Positions 1 to 10,229 of a stretch of DNA of 32,000 bases are shown here, piece after piece. Numbering within the stretch: the first letter of the stretch is position 1; each line of letters opens with the position of its first letter. The notes beneath the pieces were generated by a model, which saw only the letters and a program-made list of their open reading frames with translations, searched no databases and had not been told where the DNA came from. The stretch lies in NCBI RefSeq assembly GCF_000009965.1, contig NC_006624.1, forward strand, positions 1,290,001-1,322,000. Reading direction: 5' to 3'. The stretch comes from Thermococcus kodakarensis KOD1. GTDB taxonomy: Archaea; Methanobacteriota_B; Thermococci; Thermococcales; Thermococcaceae. Both the position numbers and the translations under genes were made by a program.

Positions 1-2862
1 AAGCGCTGGATGGAAGCGAGGGTTTTTGAGCCGGACAGGAAGGCAAAGCCCAAGGAGAAGAAGTTCTACATAACGGTTGCGTTCCCATACCTCTCGGGCC
101 ACCTTCACGTCGGCCACGCGAGGACGTACACAATACCCGATGTTATAGCCCGCTTCAAGAGGATGCAGGGCTACAACGTGCTGTTCCCGATGGGCTGGCA
201 CATCACAGGCGCGCCGATAGTCGGTATCGCCGAGAGGATAAAGAACCGCGACCCCAAGACAATCCACATCTACCGCGACGTTTACAAGGTTCCCGAAGAG
301 ATACTGTGGAAGTTCGAAGACCCGAAGGAGATAGTCAAGTACTTCATGAAGGCCGCGAAGGAGACATTCATAAGGGCCGGCTTCTCCGTTGACTGGACGA
401 GGGAGTTCCACACAACCAGCCTCTTCCCGCCCTTCAGCAAGTTCATAGAGTGGCAGTTCTGGACGCTCAAGGACATGGGGCTGGTCGTCAAGGGCGCCCA
501 CAGGGTCAGGTGGGATCCTGTCGTGGGCACTCCCCTCGGTGACCACGACATAATGGAGGGTGAGGACGTCCAGATACTCGAATACGTCATAATCAAGTTC
601 ATCCTTGAGGAGAACGGCGAGACCATCTACCTGCCAGCCGCGACCCTGAGGCCCGAGACAGTCTATGGAGTCACTAATATGTGGCTGAACCCAGAGGCAA
701 CCTACGTGAAGGCAAAGGTGAGGAAGGGCGACAGGGAGGAACTCTGGATCGTCAGCAAGGAAGCAGCTTACAAGCTCTCCTTCCAGGACAGGGAGATAGA
801 GGTCATCGAGGAGTTCAAGGGCGAGAAGCTCATCGGAAAGTACGTCAAGAATCCGGTGACGGGTGACGAGGTTATAATCTTGCCAGCCGAGTTCGTTGAC
901 CCTGACAACGCCACGGGCGTCGTCATGAGTGTCCCAGCCCACGCACCCTTCGACCACATAGCCCTCGAAGACCTGAAGAAGGAGACCGAGATACTGCTCA
1001 AGTACGACATCGACCCGCGCGTCGTGGAGGAGATAAGCTACATCTCGCTGATAAGCCTAGAGGGCTACGGCGAGTTCCCGGCTGTTGAAGAGGCCGAGAG
1101 GCTCGGAGTCAAGAGCCAGAAGGACAAGGAGAAGCTGGAGCAGGCGACCAAGAACATCTACAAGGCCGAGTACCACAAGGGAATCTTCAAGATAGAGCCC
1201 TACGCCGGAAAACCCGTGCAAGAGGTCAAGGAGCTTGTTGCCAAGGAAATGATGGAGAAGGGCATCGCCGAGATAATGTACGAGTTCGCCGACAAACCTG
1301 TCATAAGCCGCTTCGGAAACCAGGCCGTCATCAAGATAATCCACGACCAGTGGTTCATAGACTACGGAAACCCAGAGTGGAAGGCCAAGGCGAGGGAAGC
1401 ACTTGCTAATATGACCATCTACCCCGAGAGCAGGAGGGCGCAGTTTGAAGCAGTTATAGACTGGCTGGACAAGAAGGCCTGTGCCAGGAAGGTTGGCCTT
1501 GGAACACCGCTCCCGTGGGACCCGGACTGGGTTATCGAGAGCCTTAGCGACTCGACGATCTACATGGCCTACTACACCATAAGCAGACACATCAACCAGC
1601 TGAGGAAGGAAGGTAAACTCGACGCCGAGAAGCTCGACAGGGAGTTCTTCGACTACATCTTCCGCGAGCCCTTCAGCGAGGAGAAGGAGAGGAAACTGAG
1701 CGAGAAGACGGGGATTCCGGCGGAGACCATCCACGAGATGAAGGAAGAGTTCGAGTACTGGTACCCGCTCGACTGGCGCTGTTCGGCCAAAGACCTAATC
1801 CCGAACCACCTGACGTTCTTCATCTTCAACCACGTGGCCATCTTTGATAAAAAGCACTGGCCCAAGGGAATAGCGGTAAACGGCTTCGGAACGCTGGAAG
1901 GCCAGAAGATGAGCAAGAGCAAGGGCAACGTGCTGAACTTCATTGACGCAATCGAGGAGAACGGCGCCGACGTTGTGAGGCTCTACATAATGGGCCTGGC
2001 CGAGCACGACAGCGACTTCGACTGGAGGAGGAAGGAAGTGGGCAAGCTGAGGAAGCAGGTCGAGAGGTTCTACGAGCTGGTGAGCGAGTTCGCCACGTAC
2101 GAGGCCAAGGAAGGCGTCGAGCTGAAGGACATAGACAGGTGGATGCTCCACCGCCTGAACAAGGCCATTGAAGGAGCAACCAAAGCCCTTGAGGAGTTTA
2201 GAACGAGAACCGCTGTGCAGTGGGCGTTCTACACCGTCCTCAACGACCTCCGCTGGTACCTGAGGAGAACGGAGGGAAGGGACGACGATGCAAAGCGCTA
2301 TGTCCTGAGAACGCTCGCCGACGTCTGGGTCAGGCTGATGGCCCCGTTCACGCCTCACATCAGCGAGGAGCTCTGGGAGAAGCTCGGCGGAGAGGGCTTC
2401 GTCAGCCTCGCTCCCTGGCCCGAGCCGGTTCCGGAGTGGTGGAACGAGACGGTTGAGGCCGAGGAAGACTTTGTCAAGTCCCTCATAGAGGACATCAAGG
2501 AGATCATAACAGTCGCAAAGATAGAGAACCCGAAGAGGGCATACATATACACCGCTCCAGAGTGGAAGTGGAGGGTCGTTGAGGTAGTTGCTGAAAAGAG
2601 GGACTTCAAGGCGGCGATGGCAGAGCTGATGAAGGACCCTGAGATGAGGAAGCACGGCAAGGAAGTTAGCAAGCTCATACAGAGGCTCATAAAGGAAAGG
2701 GCCTTCGAGGTGAAGCGCATAGACGAAGAAAAGGCCCTTAGGGAAGCGAAGGACTTCATCGAGAAGGAGCTCGGCATCGAGATAATCATCAACCCGGAGG
2801 AGGACAGGGGCGGAAAGAAGAAGCAGGCCATGCCGCTGAAGCCCGCGGTGTTTGTGGAGTGA
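1..2862 (+). CDS. leuS: Leucyl-tRNA synthetase (archaeal class I aaRS); N-terminus truncated by the window edge
   Basis: The frame is open from base 1. It has the HIGH motif (HVGH in [14 protein letters not shown]) and the KMSKS motif ([10 protein letters not shown]). The length and N-terminal sequence closely resemble Pyrococcus LeuRS as I remember it. The stop is TGA at 2860-2862. Confidence 0.95.
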   Translation, partial: KRWMEARVFEPDRKAKPKEKKFYITVAFPYLSGHLHVGHARTYTIPDVIARFKRMQGYNVLFPMGWHITGAPIVGIAERIKNRDPKTIHIYRDVYKVPEEILWKFEDPKEIVKYFMKAAKETFIRAGFSVDWTREFHTTSLFPPFSKFIEWQFWTLKDMGLVVKGAHRVRWDPVVGTPLGDHDIMEGEDVQILEYVIIKFILEENGETIYLPAATLRPETVYGVTNMWLNPEATYVKAKVRKGDREELWIVSKEAAYKLSFQDREIEVIEEFKGEKLIGKYVKNPVTGDEVIILPAEFVDPDNATGVVMSVPAHAPFDHIALEDLKKETEILLKYDIDPRVVEEISYISLISLEGYGEFPAVEEAERLGVKSQKDKEKLEQATKNIYKAEYHKGIFKIEPYAGKPVQEVKELVAKEMMEKGIAEIMYEFADKPVISRFGNQAVIKIIHDQWFIDYGNPEWKAKAREALANMTIYPESRRAQFEAVIDWLDKKACARKVGLGTPLPWDPDWVIESLSDSTIYMAYYTISRHINQLRKEGKLDAEKLDREFFDYIFREPFSEEKERKLSEKTGIPAETIHEMKEEFEYWYPLDWRCSAKDLIPNHLTFFIFNHVAIFDKKHWPKGIAVNGFGTLEGQKMSKSKGNVLNFIDAIEENGADVVRLYIMGLAEHDSDFDWRRKEVGKLRKQVERFYELVSEFATYEAKEGVELKDIDRWMLHRLNKAIEGATKALEEFRTRTAVQWAFYTVLNDLRWYLRRTEGRDDDAKRYVLRTLADVWVRLMAPFTPHISEELWEKLGGEGFVSLAPWPEPVPEWWNETVEAEEDFVKSLIEDIKEIITVAKIENPKRAYIYTAPEWKWRVVEVVAEKRDFKAAMAELMKDPEMRKHGKEVSKLIQRLIKERAFEVKRIDEEKALREAKDFIEKELGIEIIINPEEDRGGKKKQAMPLKPAVFVE

Positions 2863-2876
2863 GGGGGTTTCTCTTC

Positions 2877-2884
2877 TTTTTTTT
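2877..2884 (+). terminator. Oligo-T run (T8) 15 nt after the leuS stop; candidate archaeal terminator
   Basis: ctcttcTTTTTTTTc lies between the convergent leuS and the 2895-3302 gene. Archaeal RNAP is known to terminate at oligo-T tracts. Confidence 0.45.
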
Positions 2885-2894
2885 CTAAGTTTGG

Positions 2895-3302
2895 TCAACT
2901 CCCTGAAACAGTTCCCTGTACTCCCGATTCTTTGTTTTGGTACTCTGTGTAGCCTCCTAAGAATCCCACTAGAAGGCTTGCAACTGGCCAATAGCCGAGA
3001 ATAAACATAATTGGGATTATAACAACGAGAATCAGGGCAGTGAATCTTGGTAATTTGCCGTTAAGGACCGACAGAGTTCCACGCTGAAATATTGAGACTC
3101 CCCACAATGCAATAGCAATGGAGAATGCGAGCTCTAGGGAGTTCCCTTTAATCCACGCTAGAGGACTTATCAAAGAATAGATTACTGGACCTGCTATCAC
3201 TCCTAAAAAATAAATGAGAAGCATATCTTCAAAAAAGGTAAATAGGACTTCAGATAAGTACCTTTCCACCGTCTCCCACCTTTTTATTCTTTGAGTGTAC
3301 AC
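2895..3302 (-). CDS. Small integral membrane protein, function unknown
   Basis: 135-aa ORF with 3-4 hydrophobic helices (LLIYFLGVIAGPVIYSLI, AFSIAIALWGVSIF, ALILVVIIPIMFILGYWPVASLLVGFLGG). GTG start with no clear SD. It lies 33 nt downstream of the 3336-4517 gene on the same strand. AT-rich codon usage. Confidence 0.5.
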   Translation of the reverse strand: MYTQRIKRWETVERYLSEVLFTFFEDMLLIYFLGVIAGPVIYSLISPLAWIKGNSLELAFSIAIALWGVSIFQRGTLSVLNGKLPRFTALILVVIIPIMFILGYWPVASLLVGFLGGYTEYQNKESGVQGTVSGS

Positions 3303-3335
3303 AGTAGCCTGTTGAAATGAATAACTAAAGCAATA

Positions 3336-4517
3336 TCACCTCCTGTTTATGAACCATGGGTACATTTCCACTGTGAATTCAATTGGAGGTGCTTGGACGG
3401 TGTGCCTTGGGTGGGAAACCCAACAATTGTAGCCCAAGCAGATGATAACATCCTCTTCATAAACGAACTCTGCTTCACCCCTTAGCTTAAGCTCTATCAT
3501 GTGGAATGGTGTTCCCTTTTTAACGAATGGGACAACAACAGGGTGTGCCACGAATATTTTGCCCCACGCGGGAGAGCTGCTCAGTAACCCTTTTTTCTTC
3601 AGGTCATAAAACTGAAATTCAATATCGCGGTTGGCATCGATGTCGTCCGTGTACCATTTGAAAATGAGCCCCTTAGTGTAAGTCTCACTGAAGCCTGCTG
3701 CTGCACTTGGAAGGCCCTTAGCGTCGATCCCTATATTTAAGCCCCAAGTGACGGTTGGCTCTGATGAAGAACCACTGCCTTCTGGCCTGAAACTCCCCAC
3801 GCCAAAGTAGGCTTGTTCAGGTGAGGGATTAAGGATCGTTGCCCTTTCTCTGACCTCCTTAACTGCCACTCGGAAATTCTTAGGGAAATCTCTCTCACTG
3901 GGCACTTTTGCCTCATGGCTCATGTAGACGTAGTAATAATATCCCATTCTTGCTTCGGCTACCCAAAAATCAGCACCAAGCTTGTTGTACACATGAACTT
4001 TGTGCCCCTCTCTGGTTGTTATTTCCTCTGATGTAGTCACCGTGCTAATCCGGCCTATTGACGTCCACTCTCTTGGGGGTTCATCTGCGAGCGCACCTCT
4101 AACTTTGAGAGGGAGCTTTCCGAACTTTCTGGCCTCAATGTAGAAGCTTTTCGTCATGACTTCAACATCCGAGGCCTTAACATCGTACCCGAGGTAATAC
4201 AATGGGGCATACGCTCCTGAGGGAAGTCTTCTCAGGGCAATACCAACGAAAGTAGCATTACTGAACTCTTCAAGGTTTATCCTAAGTGTTAGTCTATCCC
4301 AATATTTCTGCAAAAACTGTTCAGCCATTTGTGTACTGGATTTTCCGGAAAAAGTTTTCAATGCAACATTATCCCCTGGGACTGGCAATGGCAATGAGGG
4401 CTCCTTTTGAGGCGATGGAGAAACTCCAACCTCTTCATACCCTCGAACCTCGGCAAGTACTACGCTGCCAACCACAAGTAGCCCCAGCAGGACTGCGAAC
4501 AAGGGTTTCCACTTCAT
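3336..4517 (-). CDS. Secreted or exported protein of unknown function (N-terminal signal peptide)
   Basis: Start chosen at the internal ATG (4517) because GAGGTG lies about 6 nt upstream. The N-terminus MKWKPLFAVLLGLLVVGSVVLAEV is a typical signal peptide. I recognise no motif in the remaining ~370 aa. Visibly AT-richer than flanking genes. Confidence 0.7.
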   Translation of the reverse strand: MKWKPLFAVLLGLLVVGSVVLAEVRGYEEVGVSPSPQKEPSLPLPVPGDNVALKTFSGKSSTQMAEQFLQKYWDRLTLRINLEEFSNATFVGIALRRLPSGAYAPLYYLGYDVKASDVEVMTKSFYIEARKFGKLPLKVRGALADEPPREWTSIGRISTVTTSEEITTREGHKVHVYNKLGADFWVAEARMGYYYYVYMSHEAKVPSERDFPKNFRVAVKEVRERATILNPSPEQAYFGVGSFRPEGSGSSSEPTVTWGLNIGIDAKGLPSAAAGFSETYTKGLIFKWYTDDIDANRDIEFQFYDLKKKGLLSSSPAWGKIFVAHPVVVPFVKKGTPFHMIELKLRGEAEFVYEEDVIICLGYNCWVSHPRHTVQAPPIEFTVEMYPWFINRR

Positions 4518-4840
4518 GCTTGCACCTCTTACAGTTGTTTGCACTATATTTTGCGACAGACACATTTATAAACTTTACTATTCAAAGTTTTTAAAATGAC
4601 TATGCCAATAGTAATTTTATTAATACTTCTAAAATTCCGACTTCTCTGGGAAAATAAGCCGTGAGTAAAAAGTGTTGCATGGGGATGTAAGTGAGCCGTA
4701 GAGACTTATTAAATCAAGCCTTTTGGGAGAAACCCTGAAACTCCAAAATTTCTCCCTGCCATTAATTCAACACCGCCTTATAAAACATTTTCCCAAAAAC
4801 GCTTTAAACAGAGGTTCTTTAGCTCTCTTTGGTGTTCTCC

Positions 4841-5662
4841 ATGCCTGCCAACGAAGAAAAGTTTAGAGAAGAGATCCTTTCCAAAATCCCACCCCGGAAC
4901 GAGCCACCTTTGCCTCCCAACTGGTTGCATATTGAAATGCTCGAACGATTCCGTGTCCTCAGGTTCGCGCCCCTAAGAGAAGGCATGAACGTCCTCGAAA
5001 TCGGCTGTGGTGCTCACGCGATAACAACAGTTCCGCTCGCTTACCTCGTTGATGAGACCGGTAGGGTAGTTGCCGTGGATAAAGCCCGCTGGCACTTCTT
5101 CGAGGAAATAACATCCGTTGCTGGACTGAAACACAGGATAATCCCCATGAAACTCGACGCGAGAGAGCTGCCCTTTCCATTCAAAGCGTTTGACCTGGCA
5201 GTTCTCGTCCACGGCATCAGAAGTCTGAAAAACGAAGAAACCATCGTAAAGGTCATATCTGAGATGCTCCGCGTTTCTGATAGAGTTTTCATAGCCGAGA
5301 GCCTCCCAATAGCAAACAACGAGCGCCAGAGGGCACACCTTGAGCTGTACAACCTGAGGCAGGAGATATTCGAGGCTTTGTTCGGTGAGAAGGACGACCT
5401 GCACTACTTCCCGCTGGAAAAGCTGGAGGAGTTTGTGGAGCGCGCCGGAGGACGGATCGTTGAGAGCGGAACCTTCGAGCCCAACCTGCCGCACTACCTC
5501 GCATACATACCGCGGGAGTACGTATCGCAGATAAAAGACGAGAAAAAGCGCACTGAACTCCTGGAGCGCTGGGATAGGGCCTATGAAAAGTGGAAGAACG
5601 GAGCCGAACATCCACCCGTGGGATGGCTGATTGCCGAAAGCGAGGTCAACCGAAACCCTTAA
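4841..5662 (+). CDS. Class I SAM-dependent methyltransferase, substrate unknown
   Basis: Motif I VLEIGCGAHAIT, then an acidic residue after beta-2 (VVAVD) and a post-I/II pattern typical of Rossmann-fold methyltransferases. The first ATG is at 4841; the ORF-track start at 4829 is TTG. Confidence 0.8.
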   Translation: MPANEEKFREEILSKIPPRNEPPLPPNWLHIEMLERFRVLRFAPLREGMNVLEIGCGAHAITTVPLAYLVDETGRVVAVDKARWHFFEEITSVAGLKHRIIPMKLDARELPFPFKAFDLAVLVHGIRSLKNEETIVKVISEMLRVSDRVFIAESLPIANNERQRAHLELYNLRQEIFEALFGEKDDLHYFPLEKLEEFVERAGGRIVESGTFEPNLPHYLAYIPREYVSQIKDEKKRTELLERWDRAYEKWKNGAEHPPVGWLIAESEVNRNP

Positions 5663-5687
5663 AATTAATAACGCGATATTAAATACC

Positions 5688-7055
5688 ATGATATTAAAAT
5701 TCATCGATCGGGAAGAGGAGCTCCGGGCACTTGAGGAGCTTTACGCCCAGGACAAGGCTCACCTCGTCCTCATCTACGGCAGGAGAAGGGTGGGAAAGAC
5801 CGAGCTTGTGAAGCAGTTCATAAATGGAAAGAAGGCCTTCTACTTCCTAGCTAAAAAAGAGCCGATGGAGCTTGAGCTGGATAGGCTCGTAAGGGCCTTC
5901 AACAGGAAGTTCAACGTCTTCATCGAGGCTGAGAACCTTGAGGAGTTCTTTGAGAGAGTAAAAGAGTTCGGAAAGATAGCCTTCGTAATAGACGAGTTCC
6001 CTTACTGGGTTGAGGAAGATAAGGGGATTCCCTCAACATTCCAGTACATCTGGGATGAGGTGCTGAAGGACTCAAAGGTTTTTCTCGTTCTGCTCGGTTC
6101 TTCGATCTCGACGATGGAGAGCCTTATGAGTTACAAGAACCCGCTCTACGGCAGGAGGACTGGTCAGATAAAGCTCCGTCCCCTTGAATTCTTCCACCTG
6201 AAGGAGGCTTTCCCGCGCTACAGCTGGGAGGAGCTCGTTAAGGTCTATGGAACTATAGACGGAATTCCAGCTTACTTCCAGTACTTCGATGACTCTCTTT
6301 CAGTGGAGAAAAACATCGAGAACAACTTCTACAACCGGGTGAGTGTCCTCTATGAAGACGCCGAGAGGTTGCTGAAAGACGAGCTGAGGGAGCCGACTAC
6401 GTACCTCAACATCCTGAAGGCCATAAACGACGGAAAGGCGAAGCTCACGGAGATAGCTAATGAGACGAGGGTCGCTGTGACGAACCTCCCGAAGTACCTC
6501 AAAGTTCTTGAGACCCTCGACCTCGTAAAGAAGGAGTACCCGATAAACCAGAGAAAGCGCGGGCGCGGTGTTTACAGGGTGAAAGACTTTTACCACCGCT
6601 TCTGGCTCCGCTTTGTCTACCCCTACCGCGATGACATAGAGATCGGAGCAATAAGCTTCGAGGACTTCCAGAGCGACTTCAACCGCTACCTCGGCGAGGT
6701 CTTCGAGAGCGTTGCCGGACAGTTCCTGATCAGGATGAACCGTCTCGGAAAGCTGCCCTTCAGGTTTACGAAGCTCGGAAGGTGGTGGCACAAGGGGGAG
6801 GAGATCGACTTGGTTGCCCTCAACAGCATCACAGGGGAAGCGGGCTTTTTCGAGGCCAAGTGGAAGAACTTGAGCGAAAGGGAAGCGAGGGGAATCCTGA
6901 AAGACCTTGAAAGAAAAGCGGAGCTCACGGGAATACCAGGGAATTACTTCGGACTGATCGGGAAGAGGATAGAAGGAAAAGAGAGCCTCAGAGAGAAAGG
7001 CTACCTCGTCTTTGACCTCGAGGATTTCAATGAAGTTGGGGAGGAAGGGCGCTGA
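5688..7055 (+). CDS. Archaeal AAA-type ATPase (Arch_ATPase/COG1672-like) with a DUF234-like C-terminal domain
   Basis: N-terminus MILKFIDREEELRALEELY followed by the Walker A motif GRRRVGKTE. Walker B-like FVIDEF. The C-terminal EIDLVAL...FFEAKWK resembles a PD-(D/E)xK signature. ATG at 5688 is preferred over the TTG at 5631, which overlaps the upstream gene. Confidence 0.85.
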   Translation: MILKFIDREEELRALEELYAQDKAHLVLIYGRRRVGKTELVKQFINGKKAFYFLAKKEPMELELDRLVRAFNRKFNVFIEAENLEEFFERVKEFGKIAFVIDEFPYWVEEDKGIPSTFQYIWDEVLKDSKVFLVLLGSSISTMESLMSYKNPLYGRRTGQIKLRPLEFFHLKEAFPRYSWEELVKVYGTIDGIPAYFQYFDDSLSVEKNIENNFYNRVSVLYEDAERLLKDELREPTTYLNILKAINDGKAKLTEIANETRVAVTNLPKYLKVLETLDLVKKEYPINQRKRGRGVYRVKDFYHRFWLRFVYPYRDDIEIGAISFEDFQSDFNRYLGEVFESVAGQFLIRMNRLGKLPFRFTKLGRWWHKGEEIDLVALNSITGEAGFFEAKWKNLSEREARGILKDLERKAELTGIPGNYFGLIGKRIEGKESLREKGYLVFDLEDFNEVGEEGR

Positions 7056-8375
7056 CTACTCCCTCACCAGCCTCCTCGCCAGCTCAGCGTAGAGCGCCGG
7101 CATCTTGCGGAGCGAGTCTATCTCAACGTACTCGTTCGGGCCGTGGATGTTGCCTCCCCTCGGGCCAAAGTCTATCGCCTTCACCCCGTAGGGCGTGAAG
7201 AACCTTGAGTCTGCCGCTCCAGGCCCCTCCACCGGTTCCGCCTTCTCGCCGAGCTCCTCAAGGACTTCCAGAGTCACTCTGACGATCTTTTCCTCCGGGT
7301 GGGTGAAGAGGTAGCCCGCCTTTTCATTGGTGGCAACCTCTATCTCCGCCTTCGGAAGGTTGAACTCCGCCACTTCCCTCATCGCCTGCTCAATCTCGTC
7401 CTTCAAGCGGCTCATCGCCCTCACGTCAAATTTGAGGATGTGCTTCCCGTCTTTGATGGAATACAGATTGGGCGTGATCGAGACGCCGTAGTCGCTGTAC
7501 TTCTCCGCTTTTATCGGAGCCCTCACGAAGGGCACCACCGCCTTGAGGAGCCTCGTGAGGCCGACGTCAACCTCGACTTCCTCACCCTCGCCGGGAACAA
7601 CGTACGTAAGGGTCACTTCACCCGGCACGACGTTGCCCTTGAGGAACTTTCCTTCGAGCGAAACGGCGAAAGCCTCTCTGCTCCGGAGGAAGTGCGAGGC
7701 CGCTATGAGAGGGTGTGTATCAACGCCGGGGAGGAAGTAGGCGGCGTGCCTCGTCTCCAGCACGGGCGTCCTTATCCTGAAGATCTCACGCTTAATAGTG
7801 CCCTTAACCATTGTTTTCTCCGAGGGGACGCGCACGGTAACTCCAAAGCCCTTCCTCCTTCTGATTATCGGCTTCATTCCAATCCCGTCGGCGTTCACCA
7901 TGTACTCGGGAAGTTTTCCCTCTTGAGCAAGCCTTTCAGCTATGTGCATCGCCATCCTGCCACCGATTTCCTCATCGCCCGTGAAAGCAAAGAGAACCTT
8001 TCCATCGAGCTTCTCCTTCGAGAGCTCCTTCAGTGCGAGCATTATTGAGGCAACGTTGCCCTTGTCGTCGGCACTGCCCCTTCCGTAGGCGCGGTCTCCT
8101 TTTACTGTGAGCTTGAAGGGATCGGTCTCCCACTCCTCCCTGTTTACGGGCACGACGTCGAAGTGGGCCATAAAAAGGAGCTTCGGCTTTCCTTCCCCAA
8201 TCTCACCGTAGACCGCGTAGTAGCCGTCGCGCTCGATCAGCTCGCTCTCTATCCCCCACGATGCGAGCGTATCCCTTATGAAGGCCGGGCAATCCCTGGA
8301 AGGCCTTATCCCCCTGGCCGGGTCGTTCACAGTCTCAAAGGACACAAGGCTTGAGAGGAGTTCGAGAACGTCCAT
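7056..8375 (-). CDS. M20-family metallopeptidase/deacylase (ArgE/DapE/LysK-like)
   Basis: MAHFDVVPV and GRGSADDKGN motifs (metal ligands of the M20 family), and GDEEIGG. ATG at 8375; an in-frame GTG at 8384 is also possible. Confidence 0.85.
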   Translation of the reverse strand: MDVLELLSSLVSFETVNDPARGIRPSRDCPAFIRDTLASWGIESELIERDGYYAVYGEIGEGKPKLLFMAHFDVVPVNREEWETDPFKLTVKGDRAYGRGSADDKGNVASIMLALKELSKEKLDGKVLFAFTGDEEIGGRMAMHIAERLAQEGKLPEYMVNADGIGMKPIIRRRKGFGVTVRVPSEKTMVKGTIKREIFRIRTPVLETRHAAYFLPGVDTHPLIAASHFLRSREAFAVSLEGKFLKGNVVPGEVTLTYVVPGEGEEVEVDVGLTRLLKAVVPFVRAPIKAEKYSDYGVSITPNLYSIKDGKHILKFDVRAMSRLKDEIEQAMREVAEFNLPKAEIEVATNEKAGYLFTHPEEKIVRVTLEVLEELGEKAEPVEGPGAADSRFFTPYGVKAIDFGPRGGNIHGPNEYVEIDSLRKMPALYAELARRLVRE

Positions 8376-8410
8376 CGAAACCACCGTTAAGATAGACGTC
8401 GAAATGATAT

Positions 8411-9061
8411 TTAAGGGTTGGTCTGGTTTGAGACATAGACTACCTCAACCTCCACCCTGAAGTTTGCCGCAATAACCAGGATAACCAAAACAAGGAGCAG
8501 AACTAATCCTTTGGAGACCCAGATCGGATAAGGTTCAGGAAATTCAATTTCCGACTTCATAACTGTGCCTTCGTCCCACACAGGGGCTTCAGACGGCATC
8601 TTTGAGAGCACGAGGAGTATCAAAAAGTCCCCCGCCATTCCAGCGGTGTTGAAGATGTATAGGAGTGCCCAGAAGGGAGAGCGAGTAAGCCACGAGACTA
8701 AGAAGGCAGCAATGGAAATTAAAATAGGAGCCACTATCACGTATCTCGCTTTCTTAACTGTCAAGGGAGTCCTAAAGCTGATGTAAGGCGTAACCATTCC
8801 ATACTTGGCTGAGATCCCAAAGCCGACGTCAGCGCCGCAGAGCTTTGCCACAAGGGCGTGAAACCCCTCGTGAAGAAGGACGGTAAGGACGAGCGGAAGA
8901 GCAAGGTAGTAAAGGGTATCCCAGTATGAACGAAACGACACTTCAAGCCAGGGTGCTGTTAGGGCAGAGCCTATGAGCAGAAGCAGGGATAGGATTATGA
9001 CGTCGTTGTAGTACTTGAAGATGTCAAATTCTCCTCCCGAAACGTCCTCCCCCATCGCCAT
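8411..9061 (-). CDS. Polytopic membrane protein with an HExxH motif (putative zinc metalloprotease, DUF3267-like)
   Basis: HEGFH sits inside a predicted TM helix (LVLTVLLHEGFHALVAKL), and there are 5-6 hydrophobic helices. The start is set at the internal ATG 9061 because the longer ORF (to 9241) overlaps the 3' end of the GGPP synthase gene and encodes low-complexity S/R-rich sequence. Confidence 0.65.
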   Translation of the reverse strand: MAMGEDVSGGEFDIFKYYNDVIILSLLLLIGSALTAPWLEVSFRSYWDTLYYLALPLVLTVLLHEGFHALVAKLCGADVGFGISAKYGMVTPYISFRTPLTVKKARYVIVAPILISIAAFLVSWLTRSPFWALLYIFNTAGMAGDFLILLVLSKMPSEAPVWDEGTVMKSEIEFPEPYPIWVSKGLVLLLVLVILVIAANFRVEVEVVYVSNQTNP

Positions 9062-9128
9062 TCCAGCACAAACTAACGATGGAAAGTTAAAAAGATTTTG
9101 ACCAACAAGTGAGTGAGAGAAAGAGGCC

Positions 9129-10160
9129 TCAGAACTCCCTCTCGACGAGGAACTCCGCGAGAAGCTCAAGGTCTCTCCTGGCTTCGCTCTCAGGGAGAAC
9201 CTTGAGGGCCTCGTTCGCTTCCCTGATGAGGTTCTTGGCATAGTTTGCCGCGTAGTCTATGCTGCCGTACTTCTTGAGGAGTTCGATGGCCTTCGCGACC
9301 TCCTCCTTGACGTTCTCGTCGTGTATCAGCGCATCGCCCTTAGCATCGCCAGCATACTTGCCGAAGACTTTCAGGAACTCGGCCTTGTCCTCCTCGCTCG
9401 CGTGCTCAAAGAAGTGGCTCACTATGAGCGTCTTCTTACCCTTCCTTATGTCGCTTCCAACGGGCTTTCCGAGCTTCTCCTCGTCGGCAATCAGATCGAG
9501 GACGTCGTCCCATATCTGGAAGGCTATTCCGACGTTCATGCCCCACTTTGAGAGGGCCCCGATGTACTCCTCGTCCTCCGTGCCCACTATTGCACCTATC
9601 TCTGCCGAGCCCTGGAAGAGCGCGCCGGTCTTGCCGCTTATCATCTTGAGGTACTCCTCTACGGTGACCTCTTCCTTCGTCTCGAACTCTATGTCGAGGG
9701 CCTGGCCTTCACAGAGAAGGTTGGAAGTCCTGACGAGAACATCCAGGATTCTCGCCTTCTTCTCGGCTGGGACTTCCGCTTTGGCTATCGCCTCGAAAGC
9801 CTTGCTGAAGAGCAGATCGCCGGCGAGGATTGCCATGTTCACTCCCCAGAGCTTGTGGACGGTCGGCCTGCCGCGCCTGAGCTCGTCCATGTCCATTATA
9901 TCGTCGTGAACGAGGGAGTAGTTGTGGATGAACTCAACGGAAGCCGCCGGATAGAGGGCCTTCTCCGGGTCGCCGCCAACTGCCTCGGCCGCGCGGAGGA
10001 CGACGAAGGGCCTAACGCGCTTTCCACCTGCAAGAGGGTAGTGTCTAGCAGCTTTATAAAGCTCAAGAGGCTCCTTTTCGGGAACAAGTTCGAGAATGAC
10101 CCTATCAACGTCCTTCGCCTTCTCCTTAATCCTTGCAAACAGCTCATCGTACTTTCCCAT
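9129..10160 (-). CDS. idsA: Geranylgeranyl diphosphate synthase (trans-polyprenyl synthetase)
   Basis: First aspartate-rich motif LVHDDIMDMDELRRG and second motif FQIWDDVLD. The ~340 aa size is typical of archaeal short-chain prenyl synthases. Confidence 0.9.
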   Translation of the reverse strand: MGKYDELFARIKEKAKDVDRVILELVPEKEPLELYKAARHYPLAGGKRVRPFVVLRAAEAVGGDPEKALYPAASVEFIHNYSLVHDDIMDMDELRRGRPTVHKLWGVNMAILAGDLLFSKAFEAIAKAEVPAEKKARILDVLVRTSNLLCEGQALDIEFETKEEVTVEEYLKMISGKTGALFQGSAEIGAIVGTEDEEYIGALSKWGMNVGIAFQIWDDVLDLIADEEKLGKPVGSDIRKGKKTLIVSHFFEHASEEDKAEFLKVFGKYAGDAKGDALIHDENVKEEVAKAIELLKKYGSIDYAANYAKNLIREANEALKVLPESEARRDLELLAEFLVEREF

Positions 10161-10229
10161 GATACCACCCCGTGAGCAATGAAAGTGAAGCTGAAAAAAG
10201 AGAGAAGGTATCCTTTATCAGTTTTACCC

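Noticed and set aside
1795-2991. 398-aa minus-strand ORF, and other long antisense ORFs (e.g. 1057-1734, 4973-5704, 7299-8048, 9259-9909, 10179-10943, 12904-13509, 13750-14481)
   Set aside because: All lie antisense to genes with unambiguous family motifs. Their products are low-complexity (R/L/P/G-rich), as expected for shadow frames in GC3-biased genes.
4596-4664. 22-aa hydrophobic micro-ORF (MTMPIVILLILLKFRLLWENKP) in the AT-rich spacer
   Set aside because: It has no SD and lies in extremely AT-rich DNA, where such ORFs arise by chance. Nothing checkable from the sequence supports it.
9062-9241. N-terminal 60-aa extension of the membrane HExxH protein ORF
   Set aside because: The extension overlaps the 3' end of the GGPP synthase gene on the same strand and encodes S/R-rich low-complexity sequence. 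The internal ATG at 9061 immediately precedes the first hydrophobic segment.
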